Positions 26,913-38,969 are shown, counted from the first letter of the stretch. The stretch: DNA of 64,000 nucleotides from Camelus dromedarius (GCF_036321535.1 NC_087437.1:74402001-74466000); one strand, 5' to 3'. Made by a program: numbers and translations. Notes: generated by a model from the letters alone, not told the origin.

Positions 26913-27179
26913 GTTATGACTATGAAACAGTAAAGCACTGGGGGACCCCTCTTTGGGCTCCTGGGCTTTGGTGATTCCGACTATGGCCCCAGCTCCCACC
27001 TCTTTCTAAAGCTTACTTTTCCTAGAATGGTCTGTTTTCTGTGTCTGGAAGACAGTATCTACAGATATCCTTTCCCCTTCTTTTCTCATGTGAAATTATT
27101 CATGAGAGCAACTGGAGGAGAAAGAGGAACAGAGGAAGGCCCTTCCTGCCCAATGGAAAAAATGCAGAGGGAATCAGAA

Positions 27180-28288
27180 TTCGTTCATTTGTCCATTCAC
27201 TAAAACAAGAGTTGTTGAGTACCCCAAGACTCATGCAAGTTGCTGGAGACACAAAGATGGAAAAAGAACACTACCTGCTGGAAAGCAATCTCAGTTCAGG
27301 GGCAGGATGCAGACATGCAGATGAGTAAGCACAGTCCACCAGACAAACATTACAATGGCTGTGTGTGCAGTGAGAGCACTGAGGAGGAAGTCTCCCACTC
27401 CTTAGAGTCCTATGGAAAGAAGGGCTAAGCTTTACTACAGGCATACTACAATGAAAAACCGGAGGCCAACAGGAGATACAGAGAAGTTCTAGGACAAGAA
27501 GCATGTGAAAAAGGGACACAGTCAAGAGAGTCCATGGCCCTACTAGGGACTCTGAACACTCAATATGGGTGTGTGGCAGGGAGGAGCCAGAAAGAGGCTG
27601 GGAAGGTGGATGGAGCCATACCTTGAAGGCTCTGAATAGTAGAATATAGGGTTTGGACTTTATTCTCCGAGCAGAAGAATTTAAAGCAAAGAAGTGACTA
27701 GTTCAAATCTAAGTTTGACAAGGTTTTTTTCCAAAGGATGTGTGGACAACGGAATGTAAAATGGCAAACAGATTTCAGTTAAGGATTTATTACATGAATG
27801 GAAACAATGATGCAGGTGAGAAAATAAAAAGGGAATAAATGCATTGGCGAGACATTTCGGAAGTAAAATCAACAGTACCTCAAGACAAAGTGAATATGGG
27901 GAGTGGGCAGCAGGAGGAAATCAGTAACTCAGAGATTCTTCTTCAAGACAACTGATGAAGTTGTAACACCATTAACTGAGATAAGAAGAAAAATATTTCA
28001 AGGGAAGGAAGTAGTCAAGAAGAAAGACTGTGAGTTTGGTTTAAAGTTTATTGAGTTTGGAGGTACCAAAAGTCATCTATCTGCTATCTAAGAGCAGCTG
28101 GGATTATAGGTCTGGAGGTCTAGAGAATACCCGGTGAAGATATTAATTGGAACATCATTAGCATAAACACTGCATAGATGAAGCTGTGGGAGTGAATGAA
28201 ATCATCCAGAGAAAATATAGGAGGCCAAGAAGAAAACAGTCCAGGAAACCTCAAATAAGGAACAGGGCAAATGAGCAGTAGGAGGAAT
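27180..28288 (-). mobile_element. L2 fragment (about 1.1 kb)
   Basis: ttcatttgtccattcac...gttgagtacc...gctggagacacaaagatg; tttggactttattct; gtgagtttggttt...gttgagtttggagg; gaagctgtgggagtgaatgaaatcatccagag. Confidence 0.8.
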
Positions 28289-28435
28289 CTGTTCCACAGC
28301 CAGAGCCATGACCTGATCTTTTCAACCAAAGGAATTTTAAATGCACATATATTTATTTGTGTCTTTAATACATTAATTTATTCTTTAATACCTTTGTCAA
28401 ATAAGAAACTCATTGTTTCAAGGAACTGATATGCA

Positions 28436-28453
28436 GCCACCATCTAGTGGCCA
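28436..28453 (-). promoter_or_regulatory. Candidate CTCF binding site
   Basis: Minus strand TGGCCACTAGATGGTGGC closely follows the CTCF core (CCASYAGRKGGCR) apart from the last positions; in unique sequence. Confidence 0.45.
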
Positions 28454-28777
28454 AATCTGGTAACCACAGGCTTGCACAGTTGAGGGTGAGAGGAACACTT
28501 CTTAACATCATTTCCTGGTGGTTTTAAGGATTATGTTCAGTGAAAAGTAGCCATCAGTCAATGATGGAGAACACAGAAAGGCAGGTTTTCTCTATTCTTT
28601 TCTGAGCATGAATTGTGGTCAACGGAAATGACTTCCATTCTATGAATGTCCTTCTTTTGAGCACTATAGGGAACTGGGACATGAGATGACGCTGCTGCGG
28701 GATTATCTGGCCTTGGGAAACATGGCAACACCTGATCAGACTGATGAAAACATGACCAGTAGCCACAAGTAGTATTT

Positions 28778-29272
28778 AAAATACAAACTCTTTATCATGT
28801 CCTCTGAAGCCTTACAGGATCTAGTCACTGGCCCTCTCTCTTCACACTCACCTCTCGCCACTTTGACCCCTGACCAACACGATGCAGCCACCACGGCTCC
28901 TCACTGCTACTGAGCGAAGTTCACTGCTGCCACAGTCTTTGCACTTACTGCTTCATCTCTTCTGCCAATTCTTTCTACCACCTTCTCCTTCTCATCTTAG
29001 GTCTCTTTAAATATTTCCTTTTCAGAAGGAAATAATTCTGTTCCTTCCCTAACAAATGTAACTCTAAATCCCTTTTCCCCCAGTTTATTTTATTCTTGGC
29101 CCTTGGCACTATCTGATGTTGTATTATTAGTTACCTGCTCAAAGACAGAGTCTCCAAATCTACTGAGCAAATTCCATGAGGGAAGGGATTTTAACTGTAT
29201 TGACTGCTAGCACCTAGAAGAGTCTGAGCACATAAAAGGTGTTCAACAAAAAACTGAGGCTGAGTGAATGAA
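28778..29272 (+). mobile_element. L2 3' end
   Basis: aaaatacaaactc...gccttacaggatctag...ctttgcacttactgctt...ttccatgagggaaggga...cacataaaaggtgttcaacaaa...gtgaatgaa. Confidence 0.85.
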
Positions 29273-29637
29273 CCCAGGAGAGGCCTGGGCAGTGTCTGGA
29301 CAAAAGTGGTAGGTGGGCAGGCTGAAATCTACACATAATCATGTGTTGGTGAGACTGAGGCCAAAAGTTGATATACAAGCAAGTAGGCCCAGCATGTAAT
29401 GAACAAATCCTGCTTAAGGTTTGGTAACCAAGCGGGGCCAAGGTAGGGAGAGCAGAGAGCATGAACTTGAGGTTTAGTCAACAGTTAGAAATCAGGGTTC
29501 AAACAATAAATTATAAGTGGGGCAGGGGTTAGCACAGAGGTGCCTGGGCCTTGTAGGAAACAGGTCCTCAACCCCACCAGAAGCCATTTCTCATCCACTC
29601 AAAAAAACTTAATAATGTCAAGAAGGATTTGCAGACT

Positions 29638-29848
29638 ACGTGGTTTTCAAATTTCATAGTGTAGAAATATCACCTGAGATGGTAGGCATAAAGGGCTAAT
29701 TAAAAGTGGAGATTCCTCTGGGCTACACTGCATCTTGCTTTCAGATTCCATAGGCCTGTGGAACTCTGCAGCTATGTTCTAATTAGTATATGAGGTTAAG
29801 TCTGATATGAGTGCTCCATATATACTTTTTTGAGATACACTTGTTCTA
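29638..29848. mobile_element. MER5-like hAT-Charlie fragment
   Basis: gtggttttcaaattt...atcacctgag...aaaagtggagattcct...ttgagatacact. Confidence 0.5.
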
Positions 29849-30337
29849 GTGTTTTACTATTTATTCAGAAAACACTTTTACATACTGTCTCCTATCATTC
29901 TCACCTGTAACTCTGCTGAGAAGTAGGCAGAGCAGGTTTTTATTTTGAATTACTATTTTTAAAACTTTTTATTATAGAATATTTTAAGCAAATACACATA
30001 TGGAGAACAACACGATGAACCCTCAAATACCAGTCATCCAACACGTTATCAACTGAAGTTAACGCCAGCCCTCCACAGACATACCTACTGCATATGTTTT
30101 AACCAAGTCTCAAAATATCTGAGATCGATGTGGATCAGAGGAGAGGTTTTCATCTTTATTTCAGACATAGGACTCTGTGCCTTTAGAGATGATGGCTTGG
30201 CCAAGAATATAGACCTGGTCTTAGAACTGAGGCCAGAACTTACATATGGGGTGACAGTGAGGGTAGGGGAGCTAAGTATACTGACAGCTACACCCTTCAG
30301 TATGTACACCTTGAGGCATGTGACAGTTCGCTAGCTC

Positions 30338-30346
30338 TGTGTGTGT

Positions 30347-30378
<32 letters not shown>
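30338..30378. repeat. (TG)n(GA)n compound microsatellite
   Basis: tgtgtgtgtg followed by an imperfect GA run. Confidence 0.9.
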
Positions 30379-33300
30379 TTACAGGGTAAGGAGGTATCTC
30401 TCTAGAATGATTTCTACTCAGTCCTGCCTGGGGACCCTTGCAGGTCTTAAGATTCTAGTGCAATTAAATATTTTACCAACATAAACTCTCAGTGTGCTAA
30501 GCTATGAGGATACGGCTGTGAAGATGCACCAGAGAGAAGCAGTGAGCCGAGGGCAAGTAAGCTAAGGCTGGCCTACAGAACCCTGCACCACCTGAAGTGT
30601 CAGGAAAACAAATGTGATTGAAACGCACGCTTCCATCTGAAAACGTGGCTGGCAAAGCAGAGCTGTGCCTTGGGCTGCTCTGACAGTGACAAATGAAATG
30701 TTGGGTGATCCCTCATTTATTTCGTCTGTAAACTGTTGCCAGCACTGGAACTGCCTGGGTTGTGCTGGACGGCCACACCAGCAGCAGCAGTGAGATCCCC
30801 TTCGCTATGCTCAGTCCCATCTGATCTCCGTTACAGTTTTCTACCTTTCCCAATGACGACCCAATTAGGAGACTGTCTGAAAGTGTGCAGGCAAGGATTC
30901 AGACTGGCTAAGTTGCAGGCATTACAGTGAATCCATCTGGAAAATATGGCACGGGAGCTCTTAGTGTCCTCATTCAGGGAAACATGGTCAGACTCTGTCA
31001 GGGCATTTTTGGAGTTCTAGAACTCTCTTTTTGGTCAGGTCCACTGCAACATACAGATATTTTCAGCGGCCAAAGCAAAGTCACATGTACTTCCTGGTTA
31101 AAGTCTTTCCCTAAAACAGTCCACAAGCAAACACTGCTATGCCAAGAAGAATGAAAGCACTTAGAATATTTAGCCTTTCTAATGCAAAGCATTTTGTAAT
31201 TCTCTATTTGCCAAACCTCTCTTGAGAGGAGGTCAGTAATTTTCTCATTATCCTGCTAAGGAAACGAGTCAGCTCTTGTTCCCAAAGTAACACATGGTCA
31301 ATCAATATCTGGAATTAGAACACAAATCATTTTCATTCCACAAACCATGCTGAGCCAACAACAAACTTGGGTGTAAGAGTACTGTAAGTTTTGGAGGCAA
31401 TCAATATGATGAAATCACTCCCTGATGACAGGCCACACATATGTATAAAGTCAAGAGAAAAAAAAAAACAGGAATCCTCATTCGTGTTTAAAACCAGACA
31501 TTTGTTCACTTGAGCTTTATAAGTTTCCTGTTAATGTATGAGTTGAAGGAAGAAAAGGGAAATATGCATAGGAAGAGAAAGGTAGTGGAAAATACTATGG
31601 TAGGGAAATTTCAAAGTAGAAACGGATTTGGAACATACATGAAATTAGTCATTTTTTAATTTAACAGCTCTCTCTCCATATCAGAAGGAAGGTAAACGTT
31701 TCAGAATACCTAATACCAAAAATTCTTAATAGCATAAGACAACAAATGTCATACTATAAATTTAGTCTCCAAAGAGAATGTATCAAATAAATAAAAGCAT
31801 GCTATTCTGTTAATCTGACTCAGAACAGCAGGATTGTCAATATGTTATTTTAAGTCAATACAGAGATAGGAACAAAACCTCTACTCTTATTTTCTATTTA
31901 CGTTCAGAAAAACATGTATCTTCCACCATCACACACACTTTAACCAATAGCTTTAGAATCATTCCTGATCACATCCCCACACTGTTACTGGTGTTACCCT
32001 TGAATGCATTTTTATCCTCTCTTTCACTTGTGTCTTGTCAGTCTAGTGAGTTTTGATCATCATTTCATTGAGCTTAGATCCAATAAGATCCTATTTTCCA
32101 TGCAACTTTTAACATTTCGTGTGCATTTTTATCAAAATTAATTAAATACAAAACAAAATCCAAAAAGCAGTATTTCAAAACCAACAATACTCTCCACCTT
32201 AAATAGGTATTTTTTTTTAAAAACCAAGTGCTCCAAAATCAAATCACATATATTAAATACAAACCACTTTTGTACTTCAATCCTATGTCAATAAAATGGT
32301 TCTAAATTTTTTAACTATAATATAGAATTCAAAAATAAACATTTTTAAAAATCAAGTGGCCTCATCAGTTCGGGGGCTGGGGAGAAAAAAGGGCTGTTTT
32401 ATGTGAATCCTCTAATAACGTCTTGCATTATTCCAAAGCTGACTCACAGCACCTACTTCATTATTTTTAAAAGACTCATATTCTTTTCAGAAATTATACC
32501 AAATTGATTTTTTGAACTGATACCTTTTAATTTATTTGAAGGTTGGAGAGATTGGCTACATATTAATATTTATTGATGCATAATAATTTGCCCAAATTTA
32601 AAGTTGTATCTCCACAGTATCTAGGTTGTCTCATGTGCAATTAACTTAGACCACCACCACCGCCGTATTTTTTTAAAATCTTGGTTAATAGAAACTCTTT
32701 CAGTCTCAACAGGCGAGGGGTCTCAGATCCAGGGGTGAGCCGTGTTGGCAAAACTAAGAGATGGATTTTTTTTTCTTCTTCTTAAAACTAAGCAGTGTCT
32801 CCCTTGAGATTTGCTCCCTCCCTGCTTGCCTGAAGACACTCATTCCGTGTAGACTGTCATTCTCTCAGGTTCTAGAAGACTGCTGACATGATCAGGCATG
32901 CAAATAATGGCTCTCCAGTTGCTTTCCTCATTTTGACTAATCTCAGTAGAGACTGACTCTAAGTCCTCAGTACCAAACACAGGCAATCCAAGGACTTCGG
33001 AGGAATTCTTTTGTAAAATGTGCACTCTGCAGATAGAGGCCCATCACTGCATTCTTCTCGTAAACACACCCAGAAGGTAACTAGACGTTGTCTGCCAGTT
33101 CTATTTTTTCTTTCAGTATGGTCTCAGAAGTTTTTGATGACAGAGAAGTTGCTCTAGGAGATCCTATACCTGTCCCTGAGTATCAATGATGGGTTACAAA
33201 CACATGCACATAAGCTCAACTGCTTAAAAACGTCCATGAAATAAATGATCTATCTTCAGTTATCCATTTGCTTTAAATTTACCTAGTGTGAAATCTTCAT

Positions 33301-33559
33301 AACATGAGTTGATCAGGCAGTTCAGAATTTACTCTCCAAGGCAAATATACCAAATTAATAGAATCTTACTATTCCTTTACACTGACTTAGAATAGCTAGA
33401 TATTATTTGAAGTCAATACAAAGAAATAAGTGAAAAATCCTATTTTTCTTCACCACTTTGTTTCAGAACAACACATAAGGGGTTAAGCAGTTTCTTTGGG
33501 GCTGAGCAGTAAGTAAACACATTTTACCTTTTGAAGTGCCTGCCTAGACTTTTGGCCAA

Positions 33560-34035
33560 GTTGTCTTCTCTGAGAACCACCCCATGAAGACAACGAGGTG
33601 AGCCCCTGGCAGCTCTATTTTACTCTATGATTTTAATGTCCCTCATCTCTGCCCATAGCTATTTGGACCAAAAGTAAACACTGTTTCAAACCGCTCAGCT
33701 TCTCTCCTCTGAGATTCCTAATTCAACCAATGAGGCAGCCACCCACAAGTGCGAAAACTATGACATAGAAAAGTGTGAGCTGTTGGGGTGGCCTATTCTG
33801 CCACGTGACGGAGCGGGGAGCCCAGAGCTCGAGCACAGACAGGAGCAGCCAAGTCCAAAGGAGTCAGCTCGCACCCACCCTGACGGCTTTCCTTTCCAGC
33901 TTCTCAGTTTCCCTTGAAGCCCAGCTTCATGCCTGCCCTCAGCATTCATGCATCACCCCCGCTTTCTTATAATAAACCTCCTTTTTTTCTTAATCCAACT
34001 TAAGTTCGTTTCTGATACTCTTACCTAAAACAAAG
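33560..34035 (+). mobile_element. Old MaLR LTR (MLT1L/M-like)
   Basis: gagctgttggggtggcctattctgccacgtg...aataaacctccttttttcttaatccaacttaagttcgtttctg... Confidence 0.55.
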
Positions 34036-34954
34036 GAGGTCAGTGGATATTAAAAAGAAAAGAGCCTAGAATACGTGTGAACAGCATGGAGCTGAACCAG
34101 GCTGCCTTCACAAAGCCATACCATTCAGGGCTGCAGATTCCTCCTCTATCTCTGCCCACAAACTCTTTTCCCTTTCAGGCTATCCTTAGTTTCCATTTTA
34201 TTTTACAAAGAATAAAACTGGAAAACACACATTAGATTCTCAGTACTTTGCTGAGCATAGAAGAATAGGGTTGGCCTGTCTTATTCTCCACAAGGGACTA
34301 CGTAAACACGATGATTTCTATTACCTAATGAACCTGTGTCATGTTTATGCTTTCTCCTCCTGTTTTTATTATTTTTTAGTCCTTAAATGCTCACTAGAAC
34401 TCCCACATTGCACGTTGATTTTGGAGAGAGAGCTTGTTAAAGGATGCATCATTGTTTTTCCTTAAGTCTAAACAAATGAACTGACCTTCACAATAGGGGA
34501 TTAGGAAAACCTTTTCTTTCCTTTGGAACATACCTGCACATCTGTACCATGCTGACACCCACTCAGCAAGTGTTAAAAATCTCTCATAGATATTATACCA
34601 AGGAAATTCTCATTAAAACAAAATACAAAAACAAAAAAAAAACCTACCAGACATCAATAGCCCAATCAAGAGCAGAGATAGGGAGACTGGCAGAGCTCAC
34701 AGAGAGCCCTGGTCCCCTCCGTGTCTCAGGCCTGCGACACCCAGGCCAGTGCCCATGTGCTGTGCTCAGGGCACTCCACCCAGTCTCACTGCTCAGGGGT
34801 TAGGACTTCGGCTTTCAGAGAGGCTTCTTCCTGCCCTCTCCCCCCATTAAATCTTATAGTTTCTCAGTTCTAATTCTATGTTTGCTGTCATCCACCCCTC
34901 TTAGTCCACGAATGATTTACAGAGGTTTATGAAAGCATGTTTTTAAAAACAGAA

Positions 34955-35660
34955 AAAACTGTACCAACTGCATGATCCAGGAATTCTACTGTTAGATATT
35001 ATTCAAGAGAAGTGAAAACATGTGTCCACAAAAATCTTTAACGAAGTACAAAATATTTATAGAAACTTTATTTATAATGGCACAACACTAGAAAAAGCCC
35101 AACGTCTATCAACAGATGAAAGGTTAAACAAATCTTCACACATTCATACGATGGAATACTACTCAGATATAGGAAGGAACAAACTACTGAAATATGCAAC
35201 AGAGCTTAATGTCAGAAACGTGCTGAGCAAAAAGAGCCTGACACTAAAGAATACAGACTCTGTGATTTATTACACAAATTTCAAGAACAGACAAAACTAA
35301 CCCAAAATAATGCAAACAACAGTGGTCACCTGAAGTGTGGATCCAGGTGGTAAGAGGACTGACTACATAGCAGCATGTAGGAAACTTTATGTGTGTTGGA
35401 AATGTTTTATAGCATAATTGGGGTGGTTGTTACACAGATGAATATATTTTTTCAAAACTCATCATCTTGTAATGAGCTGTAATGGAAAAGAATCTGAAAA
35501 ATAAATATACATATAAAAAATTGAATCACTTTGCTGTACACCTGAAACTAACATTGTAAACTGACTACACTTCAATAAAAATAAGAATTAAAAAAAACTC
35601 ATCAAACTATATTGTAAAATTTATGCACTTTATTGCATGTAAATTACACCTCAATAAATC
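34955..35660 (+). mobile_element. Old L1M (L1MC/D/E-type) 3' end
   Basis: atgatccaggaattctactgttagatatt...gaagtgaaaacatgtgtccacaaaa...atggaatactactcag...gcactttattgcatgtaaattacacctcaataaa. Confidence 0.85.
35465..35593 (+). mobile_element. Short 5'-truncated L1 3' tip nested in the older L1
   Basis: taatggaaaagaatctgaaaaa...gaatcactttgctgtacacctgaaactaaca...cttcaataaaa; TSD aaaactcatca at 35454-35464 and 35594-35604. Confidence 0.9.
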
Positions 35661-35804
35661 AATAGTTGATGTTTAACAAACAAAAAAAAGAAGAAAAAAG
35701 GAAATAATTAATTAATAATTAGACCCAAGAAAATGTACTTAATTGCAAGAATGACACCCCTACTGCAAGTTCCCCAAAGACTGAAGAAAAGAATAGTGGC
35801 TTGT

Positions 35805-36132
35805 TCATATGTGGAATCTAAAAGAAAAAAAAAAAAACAAACAAAACATAAATACAAAACAGAAACAGACTCATAGACATAGAATACAAACTTGTGGTTG
35901 CTAAGGGGGTGGGGGCTGGGAAGAGATAGACTGGGATTTCAAAATATAGAATAAACAAGATTATACCGTATAGCACAGGGAAATACATACAAGATCTTGT
36001 GGTGGCACACAGAGAAAAAAATGTGACAATGAATATATATATGCTCATGTATAACTGAAAAATTGTGCTCTACACTGGAATTTGACACAACAATGTAAAA
36101 TGATTATAAGTCAACAAAAAATGTTAAAAAAA
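35805..36132 (+). mobile_element. Young lineage-specific (camelid-like) L1 3' end
   Basis: L1 3'UTR with A-tail; perfect 18-bp TSD aaaagaatagtggcttgt at 35787-35804 and 36133-36150; closely similar to 57465-58008. Confidence 0.95.
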
Positions 36133-36679
36133 AAAAGAATAGTGGCTTGTCGAAAAATCTCGTCAGGTCTTTAGAAGTGACTACACTAAACATCGAATTA
36201 AAGAGAAACAAATGGTTGTCTTCTTTAAGTTCTCTGTTATTTTGAGTCTTTGTTACTTGAAGCTTAACATAGGTCTTCCAGCCTCAGAGGCTGGTCTCTC
36301 TCAAGATCCACCTTCCATCCCTCTGCAGCGCATTTCTCCAAATCTGAGCTGGCCAATCTAGCAGAATGCCATGGAACCTCTACCAGGACAGCTTAGACTG
36401 CGCACAGGCATAGTGCAGCAGATGTGGTCTTTCCAAGTCTGGTTCCTTTTGAGTGTAAGCTGCCGCCCTGATGTTTTATTCTTCTGATATTGAATAGGGA
36501 AGTGTTGGAAAACACACATACAAATACACAGCCCTTTCACAGAAGTCAGAATTCAATCTAAACTGAAATCAACACGTTCATATGAAATTTTTTACGTGAC
36601 AAGCACTGCCTAAATACATTTTATGCATCTCTCATTATTCTTTCTATCCACCTTTTGAGATAGGTACTATCCATAGGCG

Positions 36680-36992
36680 AGCCACGTTCCCAGGGTCATC
36701 CCATTGTCCAAGACAGCTGCTAGAAACCCTGATATTATAACTATATTCGAACAAGAAGGAGGCAACAAGGACGGGCATGCTGCTTCCTTTAGAAATGCAT
36801 CCTATAAACTGCACGCACCACTTCTGCTTGTCTAGGATTGTCTCGGATTCAGTCACAGGGGTATACCTGCAGCAAGGAAGTCTGGGAGTGGTCTTTATTA
36901 CACACTGACATCTACATAGCTAAAAAGCAAAGGTTCTACTACCGAGCAAGAAAAGGAAGCAAACCGGGGACAACCAGCAGTCTTTGCCATGG
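36680..36992 (-). mobile_element. MaLR LTR (MLT1J-like) fragment
   Basis: caccacttctgctt...agtcacagggg...tgcagcaaggaagtctgggag...gggacaaccagcagtctttgcca. Confidence 0.65.
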
Positions 36993-37699
36993 GGAGTGGC
37001 TCAACACTGATCCTGAGGGCATGATACTGAGGAGTCAGGAGAGTCAGTTAATGCCCAGATGACTCAGAGGAATAATGAGACTAATTTTCTCTTTAAATTG
37101 TTCCCTTATATACCATACACCATTGAAAAATTCCCTTATATACCGTAAGATGGTGAACCTGGAAATGAGCAAGAGGAGTCTGATGTTTGGTAATATACAC
37201 ATAGAAGGTCAGGACTTAGCAAAGTTAGAAGGGAGAAGTGGAAGCCAAAGTTTCTACCGCTACTAAACTAATCAGATGTATGTTTCCCCTTTCTCATAAG
37301 GAGGCTAAAACGGCTTATCTTGGGGAGTCAAGTGTTTCCAGTCACTGAGATTTGGGACGTAAGAACAAATCTCTTGATAGGCTTTTATATGGGAGATACT
37401 AAGACATGTGAGATCAAGTCCTTGTTATGCTACAGTTTTCAGTGGAAAGAAATTAGCTGTATTTAGCTAAGGTATAAATGAAAAGTAACCCCATCATAAT
37501 GTATTTTAACTGCCCCGACAATTTTTATTTTAAAAGACAAACATTAAATTACATCTAATAGTAGAATCTTTTTCATACGTGATAGGACAGAAGAATTTTC
37601 TGGTTGCCCCTCAAATTACACCCCTTGTGATGCATATCAAGTCACTGAAGTTACTATAATGACAGATCCAAAACAGGGACTTCCCCACTCACCTTCCTC

Positions 37700-37990
37700 C
37701 TTCTGCCAACTGAAAGGACACCTACCCTTACAGACTGAGTTCAAGTTTCACCTCCCTCAAAGTCTTATTTGATTTTACTAGCTCTCATTTCTCTTCCTCT
37801 TCTCTGAAACTCCCACTACACTTAACAGCCTGTGTCAGACAATTTAACACTCAATTATATGCTGCCTGCTAGTGTATCACACATACTAAGATCCTAGAGG
37901 ACACAGGTGTCTTGAGTTTCTTTATAAATTCCCATGGGGTACTGAGTACTCGAGTACTGAATACTTACTAAATACTTGTTGTATAATTGA
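37700..37990 (+). mobile_element. L2 3' fragment
   Basis: gactgagttcaagtttcacctcc...taagatcctagaggacacagg...actaaatacttgtt. Confidence 0.55.
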
Positions 37991-38036
37991 TTTGCCTTTT
38001 GTTAGAGTCTAGAGCAGATACCCAAGTGCTTCTTAC

Positions 38037-38106
38037 CTGAACCTAGCTAGTTAGGGTGGATTTCATGCTGAGTATTATGGAAAGTGCAAGCTGGGATCAC
38101 CACGAG
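38037..38106 (-). other. Candidate 70-nt non-coding exon
   Basis: Minus strand: tttttgtttctgcccag|CTCGTG...GTTCAG|gtaaga; stop codons in all three frames. Confidence 0.3.
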
Positions 38107-38969
38107 CTGGGCAGAAACAAAAACGTGTGTGTGTGTGCACATGTGCGTGTGTGTGTGTGTATATCCCCCTTAATATGAATAATAAGCAGCAAAATAGTTG
38201 GCTGAAGATTATTACTAGCATTGTGTATGGGCATGTCTGTCTGTGTGTACACACACAAATGGAACATGCACAGATTGAATAGCCATTTATGTGCTGTAAT
38301 TTGGAAGGCATTTCTTGCCTGCTTTAAAAATACCTTCCCATGCTATTTGGCTTAAAATTTCTTCATTAGAGTCAGAGTTTGAACAAGAAAACAAGAACAC
38401 TGTCTTTCTCCAAAAGTCAATGAAAAGGCATGTTATTTTGAAGCCACTCTTATCTTTCTGGTAGGTGTTAAAACCATCAGATCGCAAGGAAGCGGCTTCA
38501 GAGTTGAACCCTGCCTTCTTCAAGACCTATTTTGAACCAATTCAATAAGGTAAAACATGGGAAAAGGCAAAAGGAAGAAACACTTCTTAATGCCAAGCAG
38601 GAACTGTATCCTTAGCACTCTCTTACCCGAGAAGCCAGCCCAGCTACCCCTCTGCAGAATCCCAGGTGGACAGGAGCCGAGTTTGAACACTGCAGCTCTA
38701 CTCCGAGCCTGTCACTTCAGATTAATAACTTACTCTCTGACTACACAGGCCAGAAGGTGAGTTAGAAGAAACATCAAGAGTAGAATCCTGGTCCTTTTAT
38801 TCTCAGTCAAGTGCTTTTTTCCCACTGTTTTCCTGATTCTAGCAAGTACAAGCAACCCTCTTTCATCCAGGCTCTGAGACTGCAGAAGTATAGGTGTCTG
38901 CAACTTTTCCCCTACATTTTTCACTAGGCACCACGGCCAACTTTCGAGAGGCAGGACTGCACAGAGATC

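Noticed and set aside
30085..30334. Antiparallel ORFs, with a TAG|gtatgt donor on minus
   Set aside because: No convincing acceptor and no recognisable homology
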